Source of the DNA: the human T2T-CHM13v2.0 reference genome, Homo sapiens
Assembly: GCF_009914755.1 (NCBI RefSeq)
Contig: NC_060946.1
Length of the DNA: 64,000 bases
Reading direction: 5' to 3' (one strand)
Within the stretch, counting starts at the first letter, position 1, and each line of letters starts with the position of its first letter. Shown here piece by piece: positions 1 to 16,028 of this stretch. Under the pieces are notes generated by a model. That model was not told the origin of the DNA and searched no databases. It saw only the letters and a list, made by a program, of their open reading frames with translations. The translations under genes were made by a program, and so were the position numbers.

Positions 1-3584
<3,584 letters not shown>

Positions 3585-3647
3585 TATGATGTTAGCTGGT
3601 TATTTTGCTCGTTAGTTAATGCAGTTTCTTCCTAGTCTCGACGGTGT

Positions 3648-4656
3648 TTACATTTTGGCATGATTTTGCAGCGGCTGGTACCAGTTGATCCTTTCCATGT
3701 TTAGTGCTTCCTTCAGGAGCTCTTGTAAGGCAGGCCTGGTCGTGACAAAATCTCTCAGCATTTGCTTGTCTGTAAAGTATTTTATTTCTCCTTTGCTTAT
3801 GAAGCTTAGCTTGGCTGGATATGAAATTCTGGGTTGAAAATTCTTTTCTTTAAGAATGTTGAATATTGGCCCCCACTCTCTTCTGGCTTGTAGGGTTTCT
3901 GCCAAGAGATCCGCTGTTAGTCTGATGGGCTTCCCTTTGAAGGTAACCCGACCTTTCTCTCTGGCTGCCCTTAACATTTTTTCCTTCATTTCAACTTTGG
4001 TGAATCTGACAATTATGTGTCTTGGAGTTGCTCTTCTCGAGGAGTATCTTTGTGGCGTTCTCTGTATTTTCTGAATCTGAATGTTGGCCTGCCTTGCTAG
4101 ATTGGGGAAGTTCTCCTGGATAATATCCTGCAGTGTTTTCCAACTTGGTTCCATTCTCCCTATCACTTTCAGGTACACCAATCAGATGTAGATTTGGTCT
4201 TTTCACATAGTCCCATATTTCTTGGAGGCTTTGCTCATTTCTTTTTATTCTTTTTTCTCTAAACTTCCCTTCTCATTTCATTTCATTCATTTCATCTTCC
4301 ATCGCTGATACCCTTTCTTCCAGTTGATCGCATCGGCTCCTGAGGCTTCTGCATTCTTCACGTAGTTCTCGAGCCTTCGTTTTCAGCTCCATCAGCTCCT
4401 TTAAGAACTTCTCTCTATTGGTTATTCTAGTTATACATTCTTCTAAATTTTTTTCAAAGTTTTCAACTTTGCCTTTGGTTTGAATGTCCTGCCATAGCTC
4501 AGAGTAATTTGATCATCTGAAGCCTTCTCTCAGCTCGTCAAAGTCATTCTCCATCCAGCTTTGTTCCGTTGCTGGTGAGGAACTGCATTCCTTTGGAGGA
4601 GGAGAGGCGCTCTGCTTTTTAGAGTTTCCAGTTTTTCTGTTCTGTTTTTTCCCCAT
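3648..4656 (-). pseudogene. L1 ORF1, frameshifted
   Basis: ATGGGGAAAAAACAG start at 4656; C-terminal fragment 3648-4181 ends ...YQPLQNHAKM*; frame shifts near 4150. Confidence 0.93.
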
Positions 4657-5697
4657 CTTTGTGGTTTTATCTACTTTTGGTCTTTGATGATGGTGATGTA
4701 CACATGGGTTCTTGGTGTGGATGTCCTTTCTGTTTTTTAGTTTTCCTTCTAACAGACAGTACCCTCAGTTTCAGGTCTGTTGGAGTTTTCTAGAGGCCCA
4801 TTCCCGACCCTGTTTGCCTGGGTATCAGCAGTGGTGTCTGCAAAACCGTGGATTTTCGTGATCCGCGAATGCTGCTGTCTGATCGTTCCTCTGGAAGTTT
4901 TGTCTCAGAGGAGTACCTGGTCGTGTGAGGTGTCAGTCTGCCCCTGCTAGGGGGCGCCTCCCAGTTAGGCTGCTCGGGGGTCAGGGGTCAGGGACCCACT
5001 TGAGGAGGCAGTCTGCCCATTCTCAGATCTCCAGCTGCGTGCTGGGAGAACCACTGCTCTCCTCAAAGCTGTCAGACAGGGACATTTAAGTCTGCAGAGG
5101 TTACTGCTGTCTTTTTGTTTGTCTGTGTCCTGCCCCCAGAGGTGGAGCCTGCAGAGGCAGGCAGGCCTCCTTGAGCTGTGGTGGGCTCCACCCAGTTCGA
5201 GCTTCCAGGCTGCTTTGTTTACCTAAGAGAGCCTGGGCAATGGCCGGTGCCCCTCCCCCAGCCTCGCTGCTGCCTTGCAGTTTGATCTCAGACTGCTGTG
5301 TTAGCAATCATCGAGACTCCATGGGCATAGGACCTTCCGAGCCAGGTGCGGGATATAATCTCGTGGTGTGCCGTTTCCTAAGCCCATCAGAAAAGCTCAG
5401 TATTAGGGTGGCAGTGGCCCGATTTTCCAGGTGCCATCTGTCACCCCTTTCCTTGTCCAGGAAAGGGAACTAACTTCCTGACCCCTTGCACTTCCCGAGT
5501 GAGGCAATGCCTCGCCCTGCTTTGGCTAGTGCACAGTGCACTTCACCCACTGTCCTGCACCCACTGTCTGGCACTCCCTAGTGAGATGAACCCAGTACCT
5601 CAAATGGAAATGCAGAAATCACCCATCTTCTGCATCGTTCATGCTGGGAGCTGTAGACCGGAGCTGTTCCTATTCGGCCATCTTGGCTCCTCCTCCC
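4657..5697 (-). promoter_or_regulatory. L1 5'UTR with internal sense promoter and antisense promoter; YY1 motif near 5' end
   Basis: Minus-strand CAAGATGGCC (YY1 site) at ~5677-5686; position upstream of ORF1; known L1 architecture. Confidence 0.8.
5240..5473 (+). CDS. ORF0: L1 antisense ORF0 (77 aa), open frame
   Basis: gcaATGg context at 5240; translation MAGAPPPASLLPCSLISDCCVSNHRDSMGIGPSEPGAGYNLVVCRFLSPSEK... matches the known primate L1 ORF0; donor-like CAG|GTGCG near 5345. Confidence 0.7.
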   Translation: MAGAPPPASLLPCSLISDCCVSNHRDSMGIGPSEPGAGYNLVVCRFLSPSEKLSIRVAVARFSRCHLSPLSLSRKGN

Positions 5698-5789
5698 ATT
5701 ATTTTTTAATATTTTCTGAAAATCTTCTTTAAAGAGAGAAAGCCAAATGTCACCCACTTTTTCATAAAACCTTACAGGCAAATCTATTA

Positions 5790-6087
5790 TTCTTTTCTTT
5801 TTTGAGATGGATTTTCCCTCTTGTTGCCCAGGCTGGAGTGCAATGGTGCGATCTCGGTTTACTGCAACCCCCTGCCTCCCAGGTTCAAGTGATTCTCCGG
5901 CCCCAGCCTCCTGAGTAGCTGGGATTAGAGGCATGCCCCACCATGCCCAGCTAATTTTGTGTTTTTAGTAGAGATGGGGTTTTTTCCTTGTTGGTCAGGC
6001 TGGCCTTGAACTCCTGACCTCATGTGATCCACCTGCCTTGGCCTCCCCAAGTGTTGGGATTACAGCTGTGAGCCACTGCCCCGGGCC
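5790..6087 (-). mobile_element. Alu (AluS-type)
   Basis: Poly-T tail followed by the reverse-complement Alu dimer ending ...CCCGGGCC. Confidence 0.93.
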
Positions 6088-6123
6088 ATTTTTTTTTAAA
6101 GATAGCGTCTTGCTCTGTCACCC

Positions 6124-7025
6124 TCCTCACCACATTACAGCTCTGGGGGCCAAGCTGCATCACTGTGGAAATCATGGAGCCACAGGAAGAATCCACTTAG
6201 CTTTGCAAGATGCTGCCCAAGGGGTTGCTTGGAGTAACCAAATTAACATTTTTCATTCTGCTCAGAGCAAAATATATGTGACAAAACATAGACACGAGCC
6301 ACTTTGCTTAGCACCCAGTGTCAAACTGGTAAGACTCAAACTTGCTCCCAGATAGGCCGTGCCATCTCTAAATCTTTTTAGAAGCTTCTGCATGTTAATA
6401 GGCATCCCTAGATGAGACTAATTTGGGAGCCATCATTTTTAAATGCACTTCAGGGCATTATTCATTTGGAATGTTACACTATAAGTTATCTTTAGTAAGA
6501 TTTTGCCATTTCTGTAAGACTTTGCTGCTTCCCAGGCCTAATGAATTAGCCAGAAAGAACTTAGTTTTCCAGAAATTAAGGATCCTATTTTTACCTAATA
6601 TATTGGCTTTACTCTCAGGTTCCCTTGATTGACTTAGCCAATGATTTTTTTTCCTACCTAAGCGTGTGAGGAAAATGAAACAAAGGGGCAGAACACAAAA
6701 ATCCCCATGAATTTCCAAAAGCCAAATTTTACAACCCTCCAATATTATCATTTACTACCACTTTCCTTCTGACCCATTCAGATGTAGGAGGCCTCTAACT
6801 GGAACTGGATTCAAGCCAGTTAATTACTGGATCAAATCTGATCCTGGACCCGGTCCCGTTTCTGTCATAACTTCTAAAACATCCAGCCAGTCATGGCTGG
6901 ATAGCAGTTTGGAACAGAAATTTGCTCAGAGAAACTCAGCTCAAAACACAAATTCATGGAGCTCTGAAATCCGAGAGAGAATTTACCACGATCCCCAGAT
7001 GCTCTGAGAGGTCAAAGGGCACAAG
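6124..7025 (-). mobile_element. ERV1 internal sequence (MER57-int-like), truncated
   Basis: Collinear with the leader fragment at 8288-8425 and the LTR once the MER52 insertion is removed. Confidence 0.6.
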
Positions 7026-8287
7026 TGTTACAGAATCCTGAGGCGTCACTTTTCTGCCTGAAACCTCTGGCTGGTGGCGCCTTTACCTGTGTTTTGCTCG
7101 GGCCCACTGGGTTCGTTCTGTCCACTCGGCTCATGCTAGTGGTCTGGATCCCACACCTGCCAAGGGTGAGCTGGGTACAGAGCAGTGAAGGGTGTGTGAG
7201 CAAGCGAGCATGGGATCTGGCCACTGCACACAGCCAAGCATGCCAGCTGCAGTGGGGTGGGCAGCTCCAGGCACCGCCACAGGTGCCAGCTCCCTGTGAG
7301 GCTGCAGCTGGACCAGGCTGACTGCAAACAGCTTCCACTGTGGGTATCAGGGAATGCAGCGGTGCCTGGAAGCTTCGAGATGCAGGAACTGCAGAGCCCC
7401 AAATAAGGTGTCACAGCCCTGGCTTGGGGAGCTCCTAGGTCTGGGCTCCCTGAAGGGCCACAGCTCTTCTCTCCTTCTCTCTTCTCTTCTTCTTGCCTGC
7501 AATTTGGCAAGCAAGGGGTGCGTTTCAGCCCTGTTTATGTTACACCTCTTTCAGCCCTGCTAGTTGGCAGGTCCCGAGTTCTTGTCCTGAGTCCAGGAAG
7601 AATGAGGTATGTGGGCAAGTAGAAGGTGAGCAAGGTGAAGAGGTGCTTTATTGAGCAACAGTACAGCTCAGAGGAGACGTGCAGTGGGTAGCTCCTTTCG
7701 GCAGGCAGGTCATCCCAATGTCTGTTCAGCTCTCAGCAGCTGAGAGAGATGCATGGTGGTTAGCTATGCCCACAGTGCCCAGGCTTTTCGAGCTGAGGAG
7801 TGCCTTCAAGCCAGTGCTGAGCCACTCTTAGCCCCACCTCAACGTCCCTCCTGTGCTCATCAGTTCCCAAAGTGTGGAGGGGGCCGAGGTGGCAGGGGGC
7901 TGGCATGTCAGCACTGCCCTGAGCTTGCACAAACTGGGCTGGGTTGCGACTGTGCCTGGGTTCAACCTCAATTTGGATCCGAAGTTGGAGTGGGCTCTGG
8001 GAGCGGAGACATGCCAGGTGGTGGGAGCAGGTATGACTGGGCCTGCGGGGGCAGGGGGGCTTGCTGGGCCTCTGAGAGTGCAAAGATGCCCGGGTTTGCT
8101 GTCATGGGTGGATGGCTGCAGCTGTGCCTGGGAGGGTGGGGCTCCTGCCTGCCAATTTAGAAGGAGTGGGTCTCCCACCTGTTCCTGGCTCCCACTAACT
8201 TTGAGGAGTTCACAGCCCCAGCCACTCCTCCCCACTGCAGCCAGTGTCTCCGTAGCAACTGCTCCACATGGGCCACTGCTGCCATCA
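7026..8287 (-). mobile_element. MER52-family ERV1 solo LTR
   Basis: TG...CA termini (TGTTACAG...GCCATCA); GC-rich; carries the MER52-like GAGTTCTTGTCCTGAGTCCAGGAAGAATGAGG motif; source of many spurious ORFs. Confidence 0.8.
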
Positions 8288-8407
8288 TAGAGCGGTCCTT
8301 GCAGGTGCCTTTCTTGTACCTCAGCACTCCTGGGGGTCATTAGAAGCCCTAGCAACACTGCTCACCACACTATAGCTCCGGAGACCCTAGCAGTCCTGCT
8401 CCCACAG

Positions 8408-8425
8408 ATCCCACTTCTGACACCA
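8408..8425 (-). promoter_or_regulatory. Retroviral primer-binding site, tRNA-Leu(CAA) type
   Basis: Minus strand TGGTGTCAGAAGTGGGAT next to the LTR end, complementary to the tRNA-Leu 3' end ATCCCACTTCTGACACCA. Confidence 0.85.
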
Positions 8426-8427
8426 TC

Positions 8428-8904
8428 TATTAAAAGAAAATCTTCAGCTGAATTAAATTTAAAGGAACTTAATTGAGCAATGAATGATTCACGAATCAGG
8501 CAGCCCCCAGAATCACAGCAGATTCGGTGAGACTCCAGCACAGCTACATGGTGGAAGATTTATAGACAATAAAGGGAACGTGATGTACAGAAATCTGAAG
8601 TGAGGAGTGAGGTCCAGAAGCAACTGGGTCTGTTACAGTTCTCAGCAGTGAGGTCCAGAAACAACTGGACTGGTTACAGTGCTCAGCATTTGCCTTATTT
8701 GAACACAGCTGAACACTCAGTAGTGTGTGAGTGGCAGAAGTTTGGCTGTTGGGATTGGCCAGGACTCAGCTATAGTTACAGGTGCATACTCCAAAGTTAG
8801 GTTATCAGTCTTTCTACCTATTAAGTTAGGTTGCAGTTTGTCCACAGGGACTCAAATCTAGAAGTACAGAGTCCTTCCCAGGCCATATTTAGTTCACTGT
8901 AACA
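8428..8904 (-). mobile_element. MER57A-type LTR (5' LTR of the provirus)
   Basis: TATTAAAAGAAAATCTTCAGCTGAATTAAATTTAAAGG...GGCCATATTTAGTTCACTGTAACA resembles the MER57A reverse complement; PBS adjacent. Confidence 0.8.
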
Positions 8905-9313
8905 GTTCCTATTATGACCTCACTGACAGTTCTTTTTCTCTGAATTTTCCTTTCTTCTCAACAGCTTGTCCAAATGTTCCATTGGTCCCTGTTCATCCCG
9001 CCCTGCAGCTCGCCTTGACTGATTCTGCCCTTTGTGGTTTGCAGTCCTGTTTCTCTACAGCTTGGACCCCTTCAATCTTTCCATCATAGGTTTAACTCTC
9101 TGTTGAATTCTTATTTGTAGCTACGCAAATGTTACCTTAAGCTAAAAAAATTCAAAGTGAAAGCCACATCCTCCTCTCTTCCCTTATGTGTATGGTATTA
9201 CTACCATGCAGCCAGTGACCCAAAATGGGATTTTTTCTGGGCTTTTCTTGCTTAGATTCAGGCTCATCTGGTGTCAAGCCTTGTTACTTTTGTTTCCTTG
9301 TTCTTTTATTTTT

Positions 9314-9609
<296 letters not shown>

Positions 9610-10329
9610 TGCTTGTTGTTTTCATCTCATCCTGATTTCTGAATACAGGAGAGGAGCTGAGTTGGTGTTCACTAACAAGCACAGAAGCTTTGTTACATTT
9701 ACAGTGTCATTCTTGGCAAAACCTGAATGGTATGTTTGTGGGGTGATGAGGTTCAGTCCCCTGTGACCTGTGCATCTGGCCAACACTGTGGTGACATCCT
9801 TAGGAATCCATGGGGAGAGACAAAGCATTCAGGAGTTAGTGGGTCACGTTTGACAAGGGCCAATAAAGAAATATGCAAAGACAAAAAACAAGAAGAACAT
9901 TGTCATATTTTCTACCTTTTGTTTATATAAATTTATGTCAATGATTCTAGCTTATGTTAATATGCAATGTATACAATATGCTAACATATACAATATATGT
10001 TTATAGTTTAAACATTTCTGTCATGTTTTCAGATTCTTTAAAGATTATATTACACTTCCTATTTCAGATAGCTGTTTAAAATGAGTAAGGAAAAACGGAT
10101 GTGTGCATCAGTTCTAACTGTTTATGGACTAAAACTAGTTGAATTCTTGGTTAAGAACAAAAAGTGACAACCTAATTAACTGAAAATTTTAAGTAGGCAA
10201 TTATGGTTTTAGCTTTAATGTAAAATATTAACTATGCTCCATTCTTGCATTTTTAACCTAATACTCAATATAAATCGCCACATGCCATGTTTCAGATCAA
10301 GGTTCTACTTGTGATCTCTCATGAGTTTT

Positions 10330-12390
10330 TCAAGGTTTTAATTATCTGAGATGTAACAATGTACCCGTAACCTTACTGGCTTAAACCAGGAATTTATTCT
10401 TTTTACATGTCACAATTTTCTGGGTCAAGACACTGGACAGAGCGGTGTGGGTTGGTTGCTTCATGATGTCCCTGGTCTCATCTGGAAGGACTCTAGTGGC
10501 TGGGGACATGAAGCAGGCACCCAGAAGGACTCTAGTGGCTGGGGACACGGAGCAGGCACCCAGCCCTCTCTTTGTGGCCAGCACGGACTTCCTTCCAGTC
10601 TGGTAGCATCAGGTAGTCAGGTTTGTCTGGCTTCTCCCAGGGTGTGTGTCCAAGAGGCCCAGGCAGAAGCTGTAAGGTCTCTCATGATCATCCCTCAGAA
10701 GTCCCAGAGCATCTCTCCTGCCACACTGTCCAGTTGTACTCATCACTGAGACCAGCCATGATTCAAGGGGGAAAGGTGATTAGATTCCACCTCTTGATGA
10801 GAAGCATAGTAGGAACCTGCAGCAGTCTTTAATAAACTACAGCTTGTCCTCTGGCCACAAACTATTAACGTTTCTCCCACATGCAAATTATGCTTTGCCC
10901 CTCTCAAGAGCCCCAGAATGGTTTTCCTTATGGCACTGGCTAGTAGCCCAACTGAATCCTGAATCAGGTTGTGGTGGCTTGTCATCTGCACCCACACACA
11001 CTCAGCTGCAGTGAGGACTGAATCAGGTTGTGGTGGCCTGTCATCTGACCCCCCACACACAGCCACAGTGGGGACTGAATCAGGTTGTTGTGAGCTATCA
11101 TCTGAGCCCACAAACTCAGCCGCAGTGAGGGGACTGCTGTGAAAACAGTCGACATTTCCCTTTAGAAGCTTTGGTGGGAGGCAAGAGGGAAGTGCTGCCC
11201 TGCAGGCCCCGTCTAACAGTTGGTCATTCCCATGGGGCGCCTGTTACAGTTCTGTGATTAGTGCCCAGTCCTGGTCCCTGAAAACGGCGCCCAGTCCTGG
11301 TCCCTGAGAATGGTGTTTGTGTCCTTTTACTCCTCCCTCTGGGCTTTTGTCATTCTCCATGTTCTTTTTCCTTCAGTGTCTGGGTTGCCGTTGACCAGCT
11401 TTCCCTGCCTTTTTCTTATGGTCAATAGGGTATTCAATGGCTTCTTTTTCATTTTTTTTCCTTTTCTTTTCTTTTTTTTTACTTTGGCCTTTTGAGACAA
11501 GAAATTATTTCTTTATATTTTCTCTAAATTCTGTTTGAAAACTGAACCTTCTTCTTTAGATCATGTCCCTCTCCTGTCATATTTATTCAGTGACAGTTAG
11601 GGGAGGCTGGTAGCACTTTCCATGTTCTTCCCAGATGTCTCCTTAGGCAGATCCCTGAGATGGTGCAGTGCCCTTTCAGTTTCCATGTTGTGGCCATAGT
11701 TTTCCCACAGTCCCTCAGCAAGAAACTCTCAGACCTTTTCTCCAGTTTCCAATGACATTTTCTCACCGTCCTTCAGGCCCTGACCAAGAGTCTTGATGCC
11801 CTTCCAGGTTGCATGAATGGTCTCCTTGAGGCCCAGTTACAGGTCAGCCTCACAGTCGTGTCACATATTGTAGCTTCTGATTACCACAGCAGCTCATTTC
11901 CAGCTGCCATATTCTGTTCCAGTTATCTATTCTGAAGTAAAACAACTCATTATTACTTGTTTTTTGGCTTAGAGAGTCTTGGTGGCCAGCTCATCTCACA
12001 CACAGTTGCAGCCAAGCTGGATTGTGTGAAAGCACAGTGGGGTGGTGTGCAGGGTGGCTCACTAGTGGTTGGGAGTGGATGTTGCTGGAGGCTCACTAGT
12101 TGTTGGGAGTCGGTGTTGCTGGAGGCTCAGTGGGGGATGTCAATGCGTGTAGCTAGTCATGGACTGGCCTTGTGGTTTCCATCATGAGGTCTCAGGGGAG
12201 TGGGATTTCCTGCCTGGTGACTGGCTTTCTCCTGGGTAAGTGTTCTGTTTTCTCAGCCTGGCTTCTGAAGTCCCCAAATACCAGCTTTGTCACCTTCTGT
12301 TGGCCAAATAAGTCAGTAGTCTGGTCAAGGTTTAAGGGGAATTGGTTCTCACAGAGAGAGGAGCAGGAAAGAATTTGTCACCTTTAGTCT
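10330..12390 (-). mobile_element. Degenerate MaLR (MLT1-like LTR / internal / LTR remnants)
   Basis: Two MLT1-like segments (~10330-10830 and ~11910-12390) with similar motifs separated by internal-like sequence; highly diverged. Confidence 0.45.
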
Positions 12391-12439
12391 ACCAGAAATG
12401 AGATTTTTATAGCAAGTTTATTCCAAATACATTCCAGTT

Positions 12440-13200
12440 CCCCTTGTGAATACTTTTTTGACTCACAGGGTATTTCAAAGTTTATTACTTGGTTTTCAGA
12501 CATTTGAGGCTTTTCTGGATATCAATTTGTTGTTGGTTTCTAATTTAATTTCAAGTGTTCAGACAACATCCTTTGTATACTATTTCAGGCTTGAACCTTT
12601 TCTCAATCCATCGACATACAGTCTATCTTGGCACTGCCAAGTACCATTTGGGTCAGGATTTTGTCATTTAGATCCGTATTTTTCCTATATTTTTATCTGG
12701 TTGTTCCGTCAGTTACTGAGAGAGCAGTATTAATTCACCAGCTATAATTTTGGATTGTCAATTTCCTGCTTTTGTTCTGTTGTTTTTGATTCACATACTT
12801 TGAGGCTCTGTGTGTGTGTGTGTAGTTTGTGTGCACTTTGAGGCACAATTTATAATTGTAACATCATCCTCTCTGATTCTTTTATTTTTATTAAATTACC
12901 CTGTTTATTTCTGGTGATATATTTTGTTCTGAAGCCTCTTTCATCTAGTGTTAACATCTCTGTTGAAGCTTTTTATGATTAGTGTCTGGATAGCATATTT
13001 TTATGTTTAGCATCTGCATAGCATATTTTTTCTCATACTTTGTGTCTTTGTGTTTAAATTGTGTCTCTGTGGATGCCATATTGTTGGGTCTTGCCTTCCT
13101 CTCAGGTCTGGCAGTCTCTGTCTTAAGTAGAGTATTTGTCCACTTACATTGTAACTAATCATTGCTAAGGTTGGATTTAGGTCTGCCATTTTTCTACTTA
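12440..13200 (-). mobile_element. Old L1M fragment covering the ORF2 5' end
   Basis: ORF 13007-13189 MADLNPTLAMISYNVSG...RQDPTIW resembles the N-terminus of the L1 endonuclease. Confidence 0.7.
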
Positions 13201-13214
13201 TTTTCTATTTGTTT

Positions 13215-13508
13215 GTTTATTTTTTTTTTAAGACAGGGTCTTGTTCTGTCACCCAGACTGTAGTGCAATGGTGCAATCTTGGCTCACTGCAACCTCTGCC
13301 TCCCAGGCACAACCAATCCTCACTTGAGCCCCCTGAGTAGCTGGGACTACAGGTGCATGGCACCACACCTGGCTAATTTTTATATTTTTGTAGAGATAGG
13401 GTTTTGCCATGTTGCACAGGCTGGTCTTGAACTACTGAGCTCAAGCAATCTACCCACCTTGGCCTCCCAAAGTGTTTAGATTACAGGCATGAGCCACCAT
13501 GCCTGGCC
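13215..13508 (-). mobile_element. Alu (AluJ-type)
   Basis: Diverged reverse Alu. Confidence 0.9.
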
Positions 13509-13619
13509 TTCGTCTGTCTTTTGATCTTCTATATATTCTTTCCTAACTTCTTTTGGGTTAAATATTTCTAAATATTCCAGTTTGATTAATCTTTTGGCTT
13601 TTGGAAATAATTTTTTATA

Positions 13620-13918
<299 letters not shown>

Positions 13919-13949
13919 TTATAAATAATTTATAATTTCGAATTTTGGT

Positions 13950-14720
13950 AACAAACACATACCTTAAAATTTACCATCATAACCAGTTGTAAGTATACAG
14001 TTTTGTAGAGTTAAGAATATTTACATTGTTGTGTAGCAGATTTCTAGATTTTTTTTTATCTTAGAAAACTCTATACCCATTCAACAACTATTAATTTCCC
14101 CTTCCTTCCACCTCCTGGCAAGTACTATTCTACTTTGTGTTTCTAAAAATTTGGCTTATATACCTAGGGTTATATAATATTTGTTTTTTAAGTAGGTTCC
14201 ATGTTATGTGCAGATGTGTCAGGATTTTCTTCCTTTCTATGGCTGAATAATATTTCTTCATATATATATATTTTCTCTCTCTATATATATATGTATATTC
14301 TTTTGTTTATCCATCTATTCCTGGATGGACGTTTTGGTTTCTTCCACCTCGTGGCTATGTAATGCTCCTGTGAACATAGGTGTGCACATATCTGTTTGAG
14401 GTCCTGCTACTAGTTATTCTGTCTCTGTAGAAGTTGGATGGCTGGATCATATGGTCATTTTATTTTATTTTTTTGAGGAGCCAGTTAATATTTCCACCAA
14501 CAGTGTTCAAGTGTTTCAGTTTCACCTGCACTTGTTACTTTCTGTTGGGTTTGAAGTGATGTCCCATTGTGGTTTCTATTTGCATTTCTCTAATGATTAG
14601 TGATGTTACACATCTTCTCATATATCTCATGTATCTGTTGGCTATTTGTATATCATCTTTGCATCTTTGGATGAATGTTCTTTGTCCATTTTTTAATCAC
14701 TTTATTTTGTTGTGTTGTAG
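13950..14720 (-). mobile_element. L1M 3' end fragment
   Basis: Typical L1 3' motifs on the plus strand (GGCTGAATAATATTTC, CATTGTGGTTTCTATTTGCATTTCTCTAATGATTAGTGATGTT). Confidence 0.7.
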
Positions 14721-15813
14721 CTGGGTTTTTTGGTCATGATCATTCATTTATCTCACAGTTCATTCTTGTTACTTGGGCCAGGGTCATGATCATTCATTAT
14801 CTCTCAGTTCATCCTCATTACGTTGGGCAAACAGTCATGCTGCAGGGTATAGATTATGTTATTCTGTTACTTTCAGGTAGAATTCGGGTCTAGGTTCTAA
14901 TTGTTTCTAAGTTTAGATTCTGAATGAGAATCAGCAGAGGTAGACCACTGCTGCTGAGGCCTGGGGATTGCTGGGAAAAAGGCAGGAAACAGATACTGAC
15001 CTGACCATGGAGGGTTTATGTTTCACGGCTCCCATCTGGGTACCCAAGGAACCTACATGTAGCTCGTGAGTGGAGAGCCTACATTGCCCACTCAAAGCAA
15101 TTGAGGATGGAACAGTCTTGGGGCTGGAGCTCATTATTTGGAATGATAACCACATCTGCACAGAGAGGACCTGATAAGATGTTGTCCTTCCATGTATATC
15201 TGGGAATCCTGTGTAGGGTCTCTCTGTAAGGACAGGAGCAGTGTTGGCTCCTTGGCCTCTAGTTAGCTTCACAAGTAGTCTAGTAAAGGCTTTGCAAACT
15301 TGTCACCATCTGTGGACATTCTGGCCAGCTCTTGTTTTCACCCTACTGACTTCTTCAGACACTAGGCTTTTGCTTTAGACCATTCATGGTTTTCTTCCTC
15401 TTCAAATCAGTAATCAATAAATCGCCTTCAAGTCAATAAATTTCCACTCCTTTAGGAAACCCTGATCTTCTGGTCACACCAAGGTTTAATTAACTGGTTT
15501 GATTGTTTTTCTGTTTTCTTGGATTTTTTTTTCCTTCTTCCTGGGGGTTTCTAGTAATTCTAGTTTGATGTCTCACTTTCTCCATTTTTTATTTCTTAGT
15601 TTTCTTCTGTGATTATTTTCACTGCAGCTGCAGGGCCTAATCCTGGGTTGGCAGAGAACTAGCACTTACTCTGCCCTAATTGGAATCCAGGAGAGATAGC
15701 AGGTTCCCTAGTGTGAAAATGTGTTTGCTCCTCTCTGCTTCTGGTAGTCTCTCTGTAGGAGTTCTTTACGCATTCTGAATGTTCACTTCTTATGAGATAC
15801 ATGATGTGCAACT

Positions 15814-16028
15814 ATAGGTTGAATGTCTCTGATCCAAAAATCTGAAATCCCAAATGCTCCAAAGTCTGAAACTTTTTGAGTGCCAACATGACACTCAAAG
15901 GAAATGCTTATTGGAGCATCTCAGACTCAGGTGTTTGAATTTGAGATCCTCAACCAGTAAGAATAATGCAAATATTACAAAATCTGAAACACATCCCAAG
16001 CATTTCAAATAAGGGACACTAAACTGGT
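15814..16028 (+). mobile_element. Tigger4a/MER46-type non-autonomous DNA transposon
   Basis: TAGGTTGAATGTC...AATCCCAAATGCTCCAAAGTCTGAAACTTTTTGAGTGCC...GATACT-like end; degenerate terminal inverted repeats; TA flanks. Confidence 0.75.

Noticed and set aside
7012-8358. Many overlapping 100-176-aa ORFs
   Set aside because: All lie inside the GC-rich MER52 LTR and show no protein-family resemblance.
8408-8425. tRNA gene
   Set aside because: Only the 18-nt 3' end including CCA is present, next to an LTR; it is a primer-binding site.
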